Assembly (NCBI RefSeq): GCF_053078305.1
Contig: NZ_CP166879.1
Reading direction: 5' to 3' (one strand)
DNA length: 64,000 bases
Shown: positions 52,539 to 64,000 of the stretch, piece after piece
How the letters are laid out: each line of letters starts with the position of its first letter
Numbering within the stretch: position 1 is the stretch's first letter
Notes under the pieces: model-generated
Database searches by the model: none
What the model saw: only the letters and a program-made list of their open reading frames with translations
Told to the model about the DNA's origin: nothing
Made by a program: the position numbers and the translations under genes

Positions 52539-52973
52539 TTACGGCAGGACTTTCTTAAGCAAATGCTCAAGTGTTGCCACTTCGTCCGCCGTCAGGTTTT
52601 TTGTTAATTCTTGATGCAGGTCCTGGCCAACTAATTGATGGCATTGTTCACATATTGCCGCGCCGCTGGTGGTAAGTTTTACCAGTACGCCGCGCTTATC
52701 ATTCGGGTTCGGCAACCTTTCCACCCAGCCTTTACAGACCAGGCGATCCAGCATACGGGTCAGTGCTCCCAGGTCGACCGACAACACTTTTTTCAGTTCA
52801 ACCGGAGTAATACACGCCGCGCAGCGGATAGAGCAGAGCACCTTAAACTGTGCCGCAGTAATATCCAGCGGAGACAGATACTCGTTAAGCAGACGATCTT
52901 TCTTCTGATTAACCATATGGATTAAGCGACCCAATGGAATAATTTCATTGAACAGATCGCTGGTACTTTTCAC
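52539..52973 (-). CDS. marR: Multiple antibiotic resistance repressor MarR
   Basis: 144 aa, [25 protein letters not shown]... Confidence 0.9.
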
Positions 52974-53184
52974 ATTAGTTGCCCTGGCAAGTAATTAGTT
53001 GCAGGGGATAATATTGCCCAGGCAAGTATAAGTCAAATGAATGAATTGACCGATGCCACGTTTTGCTAAATCGGTTCAAGTTTTGGTCAATGCGATGCAA
53101 GGTTAGCTAAAGAGTGACACTTTATCCTTGTTTACCCCTTATACTTTTCGCTGATAACCCAGATACACAGGATAACAACCACCA
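52974..53184. promoter_or_regulatory. marO divergent promoter/operator region between marR and marC
   Basis: Intergenic region between the divergent marRAB and marC genes. Confidence 0.6.
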
Positions 53185-53850
53185 ATGTTAGATTTGTTTA
53201 AAGCAATTGGCCTGGGGCTGGTGGTGTTACTGCCGTTAGCTAACCCATTAACAACTGTCGCGTTATTTCTTGGCCTGGCAGGCAACATGAACAGTGCCGA
53301 ACGTAATCGTCAGTCGTTGATGGCCTCGGTGTACGTCTTTGCCATCATGATGGTGGCGTATTACGCCGGGCAACTGGTGATGGATACATTTGGCATTTCG
53401 ATTCCCGGTCTGCGAATTGCAGGCGGCTTAATCGTCGCGTTTATCGGTTTTCGGATGCTCTTTCCGCAACAGAAAGCGATTGATTCACCGGAAGCGAAAA
53501 GCAAGTCGGAAGAGCTGGAAGATGAACCCAGCGCCAATATTGCTTTTGTACCACTGGCAATGCCAAGTACCGCCGGTCCGGGAACCATTGCGATGATTAT
53601 TAGCTCGGCGTCCACAGTGCGTCAGAGTTCAACCTTCGCTGATTGGGTACTGATGGTTGCGCCGCCGCTGATCTTTTTCCTGGTGGCGGTTATTTTGTGG
53701 GGAAGTCTACGCAGCTCTGGCGCAATTATGCGGCTGGTGGGCAAGGGTGGCATTGAAGCGATCTCCCGCCTGATGGGGTTCCTGCTGGTATGTATGGGTG
53801 TGCAGTTTATTATTAACGGCATCCTGGAAATCATTAAAACGTACCATTAA
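53185..53850 (+). CDS. marC: MarC-family inner membrane protein
   Basis: 221 aa. Confidence 0.85.
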   Translation: MLDLFKAIGLGLVVLLPLANPLTTVALFLGLAGNMNSAERNRQSLMASVYVFAIMMVAYYAGQLVMDTFGISIPGLRIAGGLIVAFIGFRMLFPQQKAIDSPEAKSKSEELEDEPSANIAFVPLAMPSTAGPGTIAMIISSASTVRQSSTFADWVLMVAPPLIFFLVAVILWGSLRSSGAIMRLVGKGGIEAISRLMGFLLVCMGVQFIINGILEIIKTYH

Positions 53851-53874
53851 AAAAGGCCCGAATGGGCCTTTCAA

Positions 53875-55065
53875 CTATTGCGTCTGTTCTTCGAGTGTCA
53901 CTGGCCAGCGGCGAAATATAATGATTGACCATATTAACGCGGCAAAAGCAGGCACCGCGCCCACATAACCAATCATCGACATTGACCAGTGCAGACTCAC
54001 CTGATTACCTACCAACGCACCCGCCCCGATTCCAATATTAAATATCCCGGAGAATAGCGCCATCGCGACGTCGGTAGCATCTGGTGCCAGCGCCAGCACT
54101 TTAACCTGCATACCAAGCCCGATGATCATCATCGCGATCCCCCAGAAAATACTCAGCATCCCGAGGTGTATTTCACTGTTCGCCGCAGGTAGCAGCAGTG
54201 CCAGGCACACCAGCAACAGCGCAATCGCCGTACTTACCAACGCAGACGCATACTGATTACCCAGTTTACCGAAAATCACGCTGCCAATAATGCCCGCACC
54301 ACCGAGTAATAACAGTAATGCCGTGGCAAAGTTGGCGCTGAATCCCGCAATGTTTTGCACAAAAGGCTCAATATAGCTGTATGCCGTGTAATGGGCGGTG
54401 ACAACCACCACAGTTAACAAATAAATGCTCATCAATGCCGGGCGGCGGAACAATAGCGGGAGGCTTTTCAATGAACCGGAATGCTCACTGGGCAGTAAGG
54501 GAAGTAACTTAATCAGGCACAAAAGGGTAATAAGCGCCCCGATACCAATCGCGAAGAAGGTCATTCGCCAACCGAAATACTGCCCCACAATGCGCCCGAG
54601 AGGTAATCCTAATACCATTGCCAGTGCTGTACCTGTGGCAATTAAACTCAATGCCTGTGCTCGCTTCCCGGCCGGAGCCATACGGATCGCCAGGGACGCC
54701 GTAATCGACCAGAAAATCGCATGTGCAAAAGCCACACCAATGCGACTGATCACCAGGACGGTAAAGCTCCACGATAAAAACGACAGTACGTGGCTGGCAA
54801 TAAACACCACAAACAGGCAGATCAGTAATTTGCGCCGTTCAACCTGGCTGGTCATTAACATAAAAGGCAATGACATTAGCGCTACTACCCATGCGTAAAT
54901 GGTCAACATGATGCCGACCTGAGCGGTTTGCATGTGAAAACTTTGCGCAATGTCAGAGAGCAGGCCAACAGGGACAAATTCGGTGGTGTTGAAGATGAAG
55001 GCGGCGACTGCCAGCGTAACGACCCGTAGCCACGCCACTTTGCGGGAAACAGTGTTTGTTGTCAT
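53875..55065 (-). CDS. sotB: MFS sugar efflux transporter
   Basis: 396 aa; synteny (ydeA). Confidence 0.75.
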   Translation of the reverse strand: MTTNTVSRKVAWLRVVTLAVAAFIFNTTEFVPVGLLSDIAQSFHMQTAQVGIMLTIYAWVVALMSLPFMLMTSQVERRKLLICLFVVFIASHVLSFLSWSFTVLVISRIGVAFAHAIFWSITASLAIRMAPAGKRAQALSLIATGTALAMVLGLPLGRIVGQYFGWRMTFFAIGIGALITLLCLIKLLPLLPSEHSGSLKSLPLLFRRPALMSIYLLTVVVVTAHYTAYSYIEPFVQNIAGFSANFATALLLLLGGAGIIGSVIFGKLGNQYASALVSTAIALLLVCLALLLPAANSEIHLGMLSIFWGIAMMIIGLGMQVKVLALAPDATDVAMALFSGIFNIGIGAGALVGNQVSLHWSMSMIGYVGAVPAFAALIWSIIIFRRWPVTLEEQTQ

Positions 55066-55215
55066 AACAGATTATCGGGTGAGTTGCGAAAAAGTGATGA
55101 AATGATCTTAAAACGGTTAATGATGTGAATACAATGCATTTGTGATCTGGATCGCGTTTTCCGTTTCTCTGACGCTGATTCTTTCACGCGTCAGAGAGAC
55201 GGTAAACATCACGGT

Positions 55216-56331
55216 TTAATGACGATCAGGAATGTCTGGCGTTTTGGAGGTTGCGGGTATAGGTGGTCTGACAGGGGAGCGAGGCCTGTTTTTCACCAGG
55301 TCTTCATGAGTAACTTTTGGCGGTGTTTCATTTTTTACAAACAGTTTGAGGGTCTTGCGCGCCATATGTTTGATAATTTTATCATCACTTAATGATGCTG
55401 GCATCAACACGTCATTCAAATCACTTTCATTGGGATTCATAAATTGGTGATAGTGTAACAACATATTGGCGAAAAATAAAAACAAGTCCTGAAAATGAGG
55501 AGATTCTTGTTCTGCTAAAAGGGATAAAAAACAGATGCAGACTTCGGGTAGTACATGTTTGTTAGAACCTAATGAATCCATCAGGCTTTGCAATAAATCC
55601 TCTTTTAATTCGCTGTCCGTTATGTCGAGAATGGCGGTGATCAAGTTAGGATCTTTATTGACGAACCATCTGTGAACCTCAGAGTTATTCCATAATCGGG
55701 GGAGTATGACAAAATTACCGCGAGAGATAAAATTCAGGACAAGCAAATCAAACTGGCGTAAGTAATCTGCAGCGGTATGGTGATCCGGAGGCAGGGGTTC
55801 AATATGTGGTGTATGCGCTCTTTTGATGGGAACGCCAGGGTTGATCATTGGGAATTGTTCAATAAAATCATTCAGAAACAGAAAGAGCACACGCTCGACG
55901 CCGGTCTGAAATACGCGCCCCATAGTAACAGGCTTTGGGTTGGGAGCGCAAAAAATATTAATTTCTCCATCATGGCGGAAATTATCTAAATAAATAGGGC
56001 TTAAATTTATTACTACCTGAAATTCAATATTTTCTTTGTGTCTTCCATTCCTGGCGGGATAAGTGAGTTTAAACTGAACCTTTTCATTGTATAGCGTGTC
56101 GTTACCCCGAAAAGAAGTCCTCTGAATATATGATAAGTTGTCAAGATTATTAAATATCTTTTTTGTGGCTGAGTTGATGTTTAAAGACGTGCGCCACTCT
56201 TCATTACATATTATTGTACTAAGTGCATCAATAAAATCCTTTAAAACTTCTTTTACCTGCTGTGCAATATTACGAACGGGAAAATCATCAGGAAGAGATA
56301 TGTAATTGCTGATGCTTACTGGCGTAACCAT
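55216..56331 (-). CDS. yneK: Uncharacterized protein
   Basis: 371 aa; position between ydeA and yneJ. Confidence 0.6.
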   Translation of the reverse strand: MVTPVSISNYISLPDDFPVRNIAQQVKEVLKDFIDALSTIICNEEWRTSLNINSATKKIFNNLDNLSYIQRTSFRGNDTLYNEKVQFKLTYPARNGRHKENIEFQVVINLSPIYLDNFRHDGEINIFCAPNPKPVTMGRVFQTGVERVLFLFLNDFIEQFPMINPGVPIKRAHTPHIEPLPPDHHTAADYLRQFDLLVLNFISRGNFVILPRLWNNSEVHRWFVNKDPNLITAILDITDSELKEDLLQSLMDSLGSNKHVLPEVCICFLSLLAEQESPHFQDLFLFFANMLLHYHQFMNPNESDLNDVLMPASLSDDKIIKHMARKTLKLFVKNETPPKVTHEDLVKNRPRSPVRPPIPATSKTPDIPDRH

Positions 56332-56408
56332 ATTTGCCCCATATAGTCATAAGTCATCGGAACATCACTATATAGAGCATATTAGCCGCAAGAACTATCA
56401 AAAATAGC

Positions 56409-57290
56409 TCATTGATATCCCTGTCTTGCCGAGTCAGGCACATCCAGCAGTTGAATAAATGCCTCGAGCGGACGTGTTTTCGCACCACGACGCCAGACCA
56501 GCCAGGTTGTTAACCAACGCCATTGCTCAGCTAACGGCCACGCTTCAACCTGGTGATGCCCCGGCATACTTTCCAGCATAGAGCGCGGAATAAGCGCAAT
56601 GCCTGCTCCTGCGACTACACAGGCCAACATTCCGTGATAAGACTCCATCTCATGGATAGTTCCCGGAGCGGCACCGTCAGCATGAAACCAGCTCTCGAAG
56701 TGGCGACGATACGAACAATTGGCGCGGAAGGCATAAATGTTACTGCCATTAACCTGACTGGCACGGATTACTGGCGCATTACCTTGTGGCGTGACGATCA
56801 TCAGCTCCTCGCGGTATACCGGTATCCCGTCAATGGCAGTATGGTTAATGGGTCCATCAATAAACGCCGCGGTAAGTTTTCCCTCCAGCACACCTTCCAG
56901 CATAGTGCCGGAAGGGCCGGTGGAAAGTGAAAACTGAATTTTGGGATAACGACGGTTGAATTCCGCCAGCGTGGCCGGAATGCGAACTGCTGCGGTGCTT
57001 TCCAGCGAACCCAGAGAAAATAAACCTTGCGGCTCATCGCCAGCGACAACGCTCCGCGCTTCATCCACTAACGCGAGAATTTGTTGGCTATAGCGTAAAA
57101 AGTTATGCCCGGCAGGAGATAGACGTAAACGCTGATTCTCGCGAATAAACAGATCTACCCCCAGTTCTGTTTCCAGCTGGCGTAGACGGGTAGTGAGATT
57201 CGACGGCACGCGATGCACTATTGATGCAGCCTGCGTAATGCTGCCAGCTTCGGCAACCGCGTTGAACATCTCCAGTTGGGTCAGATCCAT
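56409..57290 (-). CDS. yneJ: LysR-family transcriptional regulator
   Basis: 293 aa with N-terminal LysR HTH, divergent from sad. Confidence 0.8.
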   Translation of the reverse strand: MDLTQLEMFNAVAEAGSITQAASIVHRVPSNLTTRLRQLETELGVDLFIRENQRLRLSPAGHNFLRYSQQILALVDEARSVVAGDEPQGLFSLGSLESTAAVRIPATLAEFNRRYPKIQFSLSTGPSGTMLEGVLEGKLTAAFIDGPINHTAIDGIPVYREELMIVTPQGNAPVIRASQVNGSNIYAFRANCSYRRHFESWFHADGAAPGTIHEMESYHGMLACVVAGAGIALIPRSMLESMPGHHQVEAWPLAEQWRWLTTWLVWRRGAKTRPLEAFIQLLDVPDSARQGYQ

Positions 57291-57390
57291 AATATTCTCG
57301 ATTCGTGAATAAGTGGCTTAATATTATTCATTTTAAAGCAAGAGTAAATCTGCGTATCTTCATACCATGACTCATAAAGGAGATACCCCG

Positions 57391-58779
57391 ATGACCATTA
57401 CTCCGGCAACTCATGCAATTTCGATAAATCCTGCCACGGGTGAACAACTTTCTGTGTTGCCGTGGGCTGGCGCTGATGATATCGAAAACGCACTTCAGCT
57501 GGCGGCAGCAGGCTTTCGTGACTGGCGCGAGACAAATATAGATTATCGTGCTGAAAAACTGCGTGATATCGGTAAGGCTCTGCGCGCCCGTAGCGAAGAA
57601 ATGGCGCAAATGATCACCCGCGAAATGGGCAAACCAATCAACCAGGCGCGCGCTGAAGTGGCGAAATCGGCGAATTTGTGTGACTGGTATGCAGAACATG
57701 GTCCGGCAATGCTGAAGGCGGAACCTACGCTGGTGGAAAATCAGCAGGCAGTTATTGAGTATCGACCGTTGGGGACGATTCTGGCGATTATGCCGTGGAA
57801 TTTTCCGTTATGGCAGGTGATGCGTGGCGCTGTTCCCATCATTCTTGCTGGTAACGGATACTTACTTAAACATGCGCCGAATGTGATGGGCTGTGTTCAG
57901 CTCATTGCCCAGGTGTTTAAAGATGCGGGAATCCCACAAGGCGTATATGGCTGGCTGAATGCCGACAATGACGGTGTCACTCAGATGATTAAAGACTCGC
58001 GCATTGCTGCTATCACGGTGACCGGAAGTGTTCGTGCTGGAGCGGCTATTGGTGCACAGGCTGGAGCGGCACTGAAAAAATGCGTACTGGAACTGGGCGG
58101 TTCGGATCCATTTATTGTGCTTAACGATGCCGATCTGGAACTGGCGGTTAAAGCGGCGGTAGCCGGACGTTATCAGAATACCGGACAGGTTTGTGCAGCG
58201 GCAAAACGCTTTATTATCGAAGAGGGAATTGCTTCGGCATTTACCGAACGTTTTGTGGCAGCTGCGGCAGCCTTGAAAATGGGCGATCCCCGTGACGAAG
58301 AGAACGCTCTCGGACCAATGGCTCGTTTCGATTTACGTGATGAGCTGCATCATCAGGTGGAGAAAACCCTGGCGCAGGGTGCGCGTTTGTTACTGGGCGG
58401 GGAAAAGATGGCTGGGGCAGGTAACTACTATCCGCCAACGGTTCTGGCGAATGTTACCCCAGAAATGACCGCTTTTCGGGAAGAAATGTTTGGCCCCGTT
58501 GCGGCAATCACCATTGCGAAAGATGCAGAACATGCGCTGGAACTGGCTAATGATAGTGAGTTCGGCCTTTCAGCGACCATTTTTACCACCGACGAAACAC
58601 AGGCCAGACAGATGGCGGCACGTCTGGAATGCGGTGGGGTGTTTATCAATGGTTATTGTGCCAGCGACGCGCGAGTGGCCTTTGGTGGCGTGAAAAAGAG
58701 TGGCTTTGGTCGTGAGCTTTCCCATTTCGGATTACACGAATTCTGTAATATCCAGACGGTGTGGAAAGACCGGATCTGA
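57391..58779 (+). CDS. sad: Succinate semialdehyde dehydrogenase (NAD(P)+)
   Basis: [19 protein letters not shown]...; aldehyde dehydrogenase family; SD AAGGAGA. Confidence 0.85.
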   Translation: MTITPATHAISINPATGEQLSVLPWAGADDIENALQLAAAGFRDWRETNIDYRAEKLRDIGKALRARSEEMAQMITREMGKPINQARAEVAKSANLCDWYAEHGPAMLKAEPTLVENQQAVIEYRPLGTILAIMPWNFPLWQVMRGAVPIILAGNGYLLKHAPNVMGCVQLIAQVFKDAGIPQGVYGWLNADNDGVTQMIKDSRIAAITVTGSVRAGAAIGAQAGAALKKCVLELGGSDPFIVLNDADLELAVKAAVAGRYQNTGQVCAAAKRFIIEEGIASAFTERFVAAAAALKMGDPRDEENALGPMARFDLRDELHHQVEKTLAQGARLLLGGEKMAGAGNYYPPTVLANVTPEMTAFREEMFGPVAAITIAKDAEHALELANDSEFGLSATIFTTDETQARQMAARLECGGVFINGYCASDARVAFGGVKKSGFGRELSHFGLHEFCNIQTVWKDRI

Positions 58780-58842
58780 CGCGACATATTCAGCTCTGAT
58801 ATACTCGCAGGTCTTTTCAGACCTGCGGTCCAGGAGTAGAAA

Positions 58843-59769
58843 GTGGCAGTCGCCATGGATAATGCAATTTTAGAAAACATCTTGCGGCAAGTGCGGCCGC
58901 TCATTGGTCAGGGTAAAGTCGCGGATTATATTCCGGCGCTGGCTACAGTAGACGGTTCCCGATTGGGCATTGCTATCTGTACCGTTGACGGACAGCTTTT
59001 TCAGGCCGGAGACGCGCAAGAACGTTTTTCCATTCAGTCTATTTCTAAAGTGCTGAGTCTCGTTGTCGCCATGCGTCATTACTCCGAAGAGGAAATCTGG
59101 CAACGCGTCGGCAAAGATCCGTCTGGATCACCGTTCAATTCTTTAGTGCAACTGGAAATGGAGCAGGGTATTCCGCGTAATCCGTTTATTAATGCTGGTG
59201 CGCTGGTGGTCTGCGATATGTTGCAAGGGCGATTAAGCGCACCACGGCAACGTATGCTGGAAGTCGTGCGCGGCTTAAGCGGTGCGTCTGATATTTCCTA
59301 CGATACGGTGGTAGCGCGTTCCGAATTTGAACATTCCGCGCGAAATGCGGCTATCGCCTGGCTGATGAAGTCGTTTGGCAATTTCCATCATGACGTGACA
59401 ACCGTTCTGCAAAACTATTTTCATTACTGCGCTCTGAAAATGAGCTGTGTAGAGCTGGCCCGGACGTTTGTCTTTCTGGCTAATCAGGGGAAAGCTATTC
59501 ATATTGATGAACCTGTGGTGACGCCAATGCAGGCACGGCAAATTAACGCGCTGATGGCGACCAGTGGTATGTACCAGAACGCGGGGGAGTTTGCCTGGCG
59601 GGTGGGACTACCGGCGAAATCTGGCGTTGGTGGCGGTATTGTGGCGATTGTTCCGCATGAAATGGCCATCGCAGTCTGGAGTCCGGAACTGGATGATGCA
59701 GGTAACTCGCTTGCGGGTATCGCCGTCCTTGAACAATTGACGAAACAGTTAGGGCGTTCGGTTTATTAA
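58843..59769 (+). CDS. glsB: Glutaminase 2
   Basis: 308 aa, serine-dependent glutaminase family. Confidence 0.85.
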   Translation: MAVAMDNAILENILRQVRPLIGQGKVADYIPALATVDGSRLGIAICTVDGQLFQAGDAQERFSIQSISKVLSLVVAMRHYSEEEIWQRVGKDPSGSPFNSLVQLEMEQGIPRNPFINAGALVVCDMLQGRLSAPRQRMLEVVRGLSGASDISYDTVVARSEFEHSARNAAIAWLMKSFGNFHHDVTTVLQNYFHYCALKMSCVELARTFVFLANQGKAIHIDEPVVTPMQARQINALMATSGMYQNAGEFAWRVGLPAKSGVGGGIVAIVPHEMAIAVWSPELDDAGNSLAGIAVLEQLTKQLGRSVY

Positions 59770-60128
59770 TGCAGTCTCTCGATCCACTCTTCGCGCGTTT
59801 ATCCCGTTCAAAATTTCGATCTCGCTTTCGTTTGGGCATGAAAGAGCGTCAGTATTGTCTGGAGAAAGGCGCGCCAGTCATCGAACAACATGCGGCGGAT
59901 TTTGTCGCTAAACGTCTTGCTCCGGCATTACCGGCTAATGACGGTAAACAAACCCCCATGCGCGGGCATCCGGTGTTTATCGCTCAGCACGCCACCGCGA
60001 CCTGCTGTCGCGGTTGTCTGGCTAAGTGGCATAACATTCCGCAGGGTGTTTCGTTAAGCGAAGAACAACAACGTTATATCGTGGCGGTAATCTATCACTG
60101 GCTGGTTGTACAGATGAATCAGCCATGA
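59769..60128 (+). CDS. yneG: Uncharacterized protein
   Basis: 119 aa, ATGA overlap with glsB. Confidence 0.7.
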   Translation: MQSLDPLFARLSRSKFRSRFRLGMKERQYCLEKGAPVIEQHAADFVAKRLAPALPANDGKQTPMRGHPVFIAQHATATCCRGCLAKWHNIPQGVSLSEEQQRYIVAVIYHWLVVQMNQP

Positions 60129-60266
60129 GAATTGCGGAAAACGATAAAATAGCATTCCCAGGGTACCTTTATTTGCCGCCGCTGTCAGCGAACATGCTAT
60201 CCTTTATGAGAATTTACTTATTACGTTGAGATAATTGCCACCCGCAATTGTATGGACAGATAATTA

Positions 60267-61685
60267 ATGCATGTACACCCCATTTCAACTTTCCGTTTGT
60301 TCCAGGAAGGTCATCTGCTACGTAATAGCATCGCTATTTTTGCGCTAACCACGCTGTTCTATTTTATTGGTGCAGAGTTACGGCTGGTTCACGAACTTTC
60401 TCTTTTCTGGCCGCTGAATGGCGTAATGGCGGGGGTGTTTGCCCGCTATGTCTGGCTTAATCGACTGCATTACTATGCGATCAGTTATGTGGCGATGCTG
60501 GTTTATGATGCCATAACCACCGAATGGGGACTGGTTTCACTGGCTATCAATTTCTCCAATATGATGTTTATTGTTACCGTCGCCTTACTGGTCGTGCGGG
60601 ATAAGCGTTTGGGGAAAAATAAGTATGAGCCAGTAAGTGCCTTACGGCTATTTAATTACTGTCTGATTGCCGCATTATTATGCGCTATTGTCGGGGCGAT
60701 TGGTTCGGTCAGTATTGATAGTCTGGATTTCTGGCCTTTGCTTGCGGACTGGTTCAGTGAGCAATTCTCAACGGGCGTGTTGATCGTGCCTTGTATGCTG
60801 ACGTTGGCTATTCCTGGAGTGCTGCCGCGCTTTAAAGCAGAACAGATGATGCCCGCCATCGCGCTTATTGTGTCGGTTATTGCCTCGGTAGTCATTGGTG
60901 GAGCGGGGAGTCTGGCGTTCCCGCTGCCTGCATTAATCTGGTGTGCAGTGCGCTATACGCCGCAGGTAACATGTCTGTTGACCTTTGTCACCGGTGCGGT
61001 GGAAATCGTACTGGTGGCTAATTCGGTGATTGATATCTCGGTCGGTTCGCCGTTCTCCATTCCGGAAATGTTCTCCGCACGTCTCGGTATTGCCACGATG
61101 GCGATATGCCCAATTATGGTTTCTTTTAGCGTGGCAGCGATCAATTCGCTAATGAAGCAAGTTGCGCTGCGAGCCGACTTTGATTTTCTGACTCAGGTTT
61201 ACTCACGGTCCGGTCTTTATGAGGCGCTGAAAAGTCCATCGCTGAAACAGACACAACATCTGACTGTCATGCTGCTTGATATCGACTATTTCAAAAGTAT
61301 TAACGATAACTATGGACATGAATGTGGCGATAAAGTGTTAAGCGTGTTTGCCCGGCATATCCAGAAGATTGTCGGTGATAAGGGGCTGGTGGCGCGAATG
61401 GGCGGCGAAGAATTTGCTGTTGCAGTGCCGTCGGTGAATCCTGTCGATGGTCTGCTAATGGCGGAAAAAATCCGTAAAGGCGTTGAACTGCAACCATTCA
61501 CCTGGCAACAAAAAACGCTTTATCTCACGGTAAGTATTGGCGTCGGTAGTGGTCGCGCATCGTACCGAACGCTGACCGATGACTTTAATAAATTGATGGT
61601 CGAAGCCGATACGTGTCTGTATCGCTCGAAGAAAGATGGGCGCAACCGTACCAGCACTATGCGTTACGGTGAGGAAGTTGTCTGA
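60267..61685 (+). CDS. dgcF: Membrane-anchored diguanylate cyclase (MASE plus GGDEF)
   Basis: 472 aa with GGEEF motif (RMGGEEFAV). Confidence 0.75.
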   Translation: MHVHPISTFRLFQEGHLLRNSIAIFALTTLFYFIGAELRLVHELSLFWPLNGVMAGVFARYVWLNRLHYYAISYVAMLVYDAITTEWGLVSLAINFSNMMFIVTVALLVVRDKRLGKNKYEPVSALRLFNYCLIAALLCAIVGAIGSVSIDSLDFWPLLADWFSEQFSTGVLIVPCMLTLAIPGVLPRFKAEQMMPAIALIVSVIASVVIGGAGSLAFPLPALIWCAVRYTPQVTCLLTFVTGAVEIVLVANSVIDISVGSPFSIPEMFSARLGIATMAICPIMVSFSVAAINSLMKQVALRADFDFLTQVYSRSGLYEALKSPSLKQTQHLTVMLLDIDYFKSINDNYGHECGDKVLSVFARHIQKIVGDKGLVARMGGEEFAVAVPSVNPVDGLLMAEKIRKGVELQPFTWQQKTLYLTVSIGVGSGRASYRTLTDDFNKLMVEADTCLYRSKKDGRNRTSTMRYGEEVV

Positions 61686-61911
61686 CATCTTTATTCATTC
61701 AGAGTGATTTGAATGCAATGTGTTCTACCACTTTATGATCCAGGAAAAGGCGTATTTCCTCGATTAAACCATGATCCGCGCCACACTTTTCTCATAAAAC
61801 TGCTCATTAATCATCAGGAGTTGATCAAAACAGGGGTTCGGCGTATTAAAGTTTGCTAACCTGTCGTACCAATTCAAACAGGTTGTATGACTAATCAGAA
61901 GGGAACCCATT

Positions 61912-63363
61912 GTGAAAACACTAAATCGTCGCGATTTTCCCGGTGCACAGTATCCAGAACGTATCATTCAGTTTGGTGAAGGTAACTTCCTGCGCGCCTT
62001 TGTTGACTGGCAAATCGATCTCCTGAATGAGCACACCGATCTGAATTCTGGTGTGGTCGTTGTTCGTCCGATTGAAACTTCATTCCCGCCGTCACTGAGC
62101 ACGCAGGATGGTCTGTACACCACCATTATCCGTGGCCTGAATGAGAAGGGGGAAGCGGTCAGCGACGCGCGTCTGATTCGCTCTGTTAATCGTGAAATCA
62201 GCGTCTACAGTGAATACGATGAATTCCTGAAACTGGCGCACAACCCGGAAATGCGCTTTGTTTTCTCTAACACCACCGAAGCGGGTATCAGCTACCATGC
62301 GGGCGATAAATTCGATGACGCGCCAGCGGTAAGTTATCCGGCAAAACTGACTCGTCTACTGTTCGAACGTTTCAGTCATTTCAACGGCGCGCAGGATAAA
62401 GGTTGGATCATCATCCCTTGTGAACTGATCGACTATAACGGCGATGCGCTGCGTGAACTGGTTCTGCGCTACGCACAAGAGTGGGCGCTACCAGAAGCAT
62501 TTATTCAATGGCTGGATCAGGCTAACAGCTTCTGCTCTACGCTGGTGGATCGTATCGTTACCGGTTATCCGCGTGATGAAGTGGCGAAACTGGAAGAAGA
62601 ACTGGGTTATCACGATGGTTTCCTCGACACCGCGGAACACTTTTACCTGTTTGTGATTCAGGGGCCGAAATCCTTAGCGACTGAACTGCGGCTGGACAAA
62701 TATCCGCTCAACGTGCTGATTGTTGACGATATTAAACCGTATAAAGAGCGCAAAGTGGCAATCCTCAACGGTGCGCACACCGCGCTGGTGCCGGTGGCGT
62801 TCCAGGCAGGGCTGGATACCGTAGGTGAAGCGATGAACGATGCTGAAATTTGCGCATTCGTTGAAAACGCTATCTACGAAGAGATTATTCCGGTACTGGA
62901 TTTGCCACGCGATGAGCTGGAATCTTTTGCCAGTGCAGTCACCGGGCGTTTCCGTAACCCGTACATTAAGCATCAGCTGCTGTCTATCGCGCTCAACGGT
63001 ATGACCAAGTTCCGCACCCGCATCCTGCCGCAGCTACTGGCAGGGCAGAAGGCAAACGGCACACTTCCGGCGCGCCTTACTTTCGCATTAGCGGCATTGA
63101 TTGCGTTCTATCGCGGTGAGCGTAACGGAGAAACATATCCGGTACAGGACGATGCACACTGGCTGGAACGTTATCAGCAACTCTGGAGCCAGCATCGTGA
63201 CCGTGTTATCGGTACCCAGGAACTGGTTGCGATTGTGTTGGCAGAAAAAGACCACTGGGAGCAGGACCTGACGCAAGTGCCTGGTCTGGTCGAGCAGGTT
63301 GCTAATGACCTGGATGCGATTCTTGAAAAAGGGATGCGCGAAGCTGTACGTCCGTTGTGCTAA
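61912..63363 (+). CDS. uxaB: Altronate oxidoreductase
   Basis: 483 aa, mannitol dehydrogenase family. Confidence 0.85.
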   Translation: MKTLNRRDFPGAQYPERIIQFGEGNFLRAFVDWQIDLLNEHTDLNSGVVVVRPIETSFPPSLSTQDGLYTTIIRGLNEKGEAVSDARLIRSVNREISVYSEYDEFLKLAHNPEMRFVFSNTTEAGISYHAGDKFDDAPAVSYPAKLTRLLFERFSHFNGAQDKGWIIIPCELIDYNGDALRELVLRYAQEWALPEAFIQWLDQANSFCSTLVDRIVTGYPRDEVAKLEEELGYHDGFLDTAEHFYLFVIQGPKSLATELRLDKYPLNVLIVDDIKPYKERKVAILNGAHTALVPVAFQAGLDTVGEAMNDAEICAFVENAIYEEIIPVLDLPRDELESFASAVTGRFRNPYIKHQLLSIALNGMTKFRTRILPQLLAGQKANGTLPARLTFALAALIAFYRGERNGETYPVQDDAHWLERYQQLWSQHRDRVIGTQELVAIVLAEKDHWEQDLTQVPGLVEQVANDLDAILEKGMREAVRPLC

Positions 63364-63559
63364 TACTCTGAACCCGGTTTCGACCGGGTTTCTTATTTCA
63401 TTATATTAGTTACAACATCCTATGAGCCTTTATCATTAACAGGTGCCACATGCAGCGCCTGTTAATGTTGTAATTTTGTAGGTAATTTGTAAGTAGCGTC
63501 TTGAGAATGTGATCGTAATCACGTTTAATAGGGCGACTTTTCCACGCCTGAAGATAACC

Positions 63560-64000
63560 ATGATTGTTCGTCCACAACAACACTGGCTGCGCCGTATTTT
63601 TGTCTGGCACGGTTCAGTATTATCCAAGATATCCTCGCGCTTACTACTCAATTTTCTCTTTTCTATCGCTGTTATTTTCATGCTGCCCTGGTACACGCAT
63701 TTGGGCATTAAATTCACCCTCGCACCGTTCAGCATTCTCGGTGTCGCCATCGCCATTTTTCTTGGTTTTCGTAATAATGCCGGTTACGCCCGTTACGTTG
63801 AAGCGCGAAAACTTTGGGGGCAGTTGATGATTGCCTCGCGGTCGTTACTGCGCGAGGTAATAACGACATTGCCGGATTCGGCAAGTGTAAGGGAGTTTGC
63901 CCGGCTGCAAATCGCCTTCGCTCACTGTTTACGCATGACATTACGCAAACAGCCACAGGCGGAAGTGCTGGCTCATTATCTCAAGACTGAAGATCTTCAG
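63560..64000 (+). CDS. yneE: Bestrophin-like membrane protein, 3' partial
   Basis: ORF open to the window end; synteny downstream of uxaB. Confidence 0.55.
   Translation, partial: MIVRPQQHWLRRIFVWHGSVLSKISSRLLLNFLFSIAVIFMLPWYTHLGIKFTLAPFSILGVAIAIFLGFRNNAGYARYVEARKLWGQLMIASRSLLREVITTLPDSASVREFARLQIAFAHCLRMTLRKQPQAEVLAHYLKTEDLQ

Noticed and set aside
1-64000. CRISPR arrays, IS elements, integrase or transposase genes
   Set aside because: No regularly spaced short repeats and no recombinase other than the Gin-type invertase in the window; the Mu-like transposase genes would lie upstream of position 1.

Overview
The window holds two nested prophages followed by a conserved E. coli-type chromosomal block. 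(1) Positions 1 to about 24.3 kb are the right part of a Mu-like transposable prophage: portal, head morphogenesis, protease/scaffold, major capsid, sheath, tube, tape measure, baseplate, a Gin-type invertible tail-fibre segment, gin, a 3.6 kb accessory island, and com-mom at the right end. (2) It appears to be inserted into the Z gene of a lambdoid (Qin-like) prophage whose tail module (U, V, G/G-T, H, M, L, K, I, J, a hok-like toxin in the lom position, stf, tfa) runs to about 38.3 kb and abuts a 5'-truncated ydfJ. (3) The remainder is the ydfI–dcp–dgcZ–mgrR/mgtS–ydeE–eamA–marRAB–marC–yneI–uxaB neighbourhood. The most interesting candidates are the gin–com accessory island (SASA-type esterase plus small ORFs and a tandem hairpin repeat), a minimal invertible fibre segment with only one Tfa chaperone, the Hok-family toxin, a non-canonical tRNA-like element, and a (GCCGAA)14 repeat inside a head gene. 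All calls rest on reading the translated ORFs and the DNA by eye; no database search was run.
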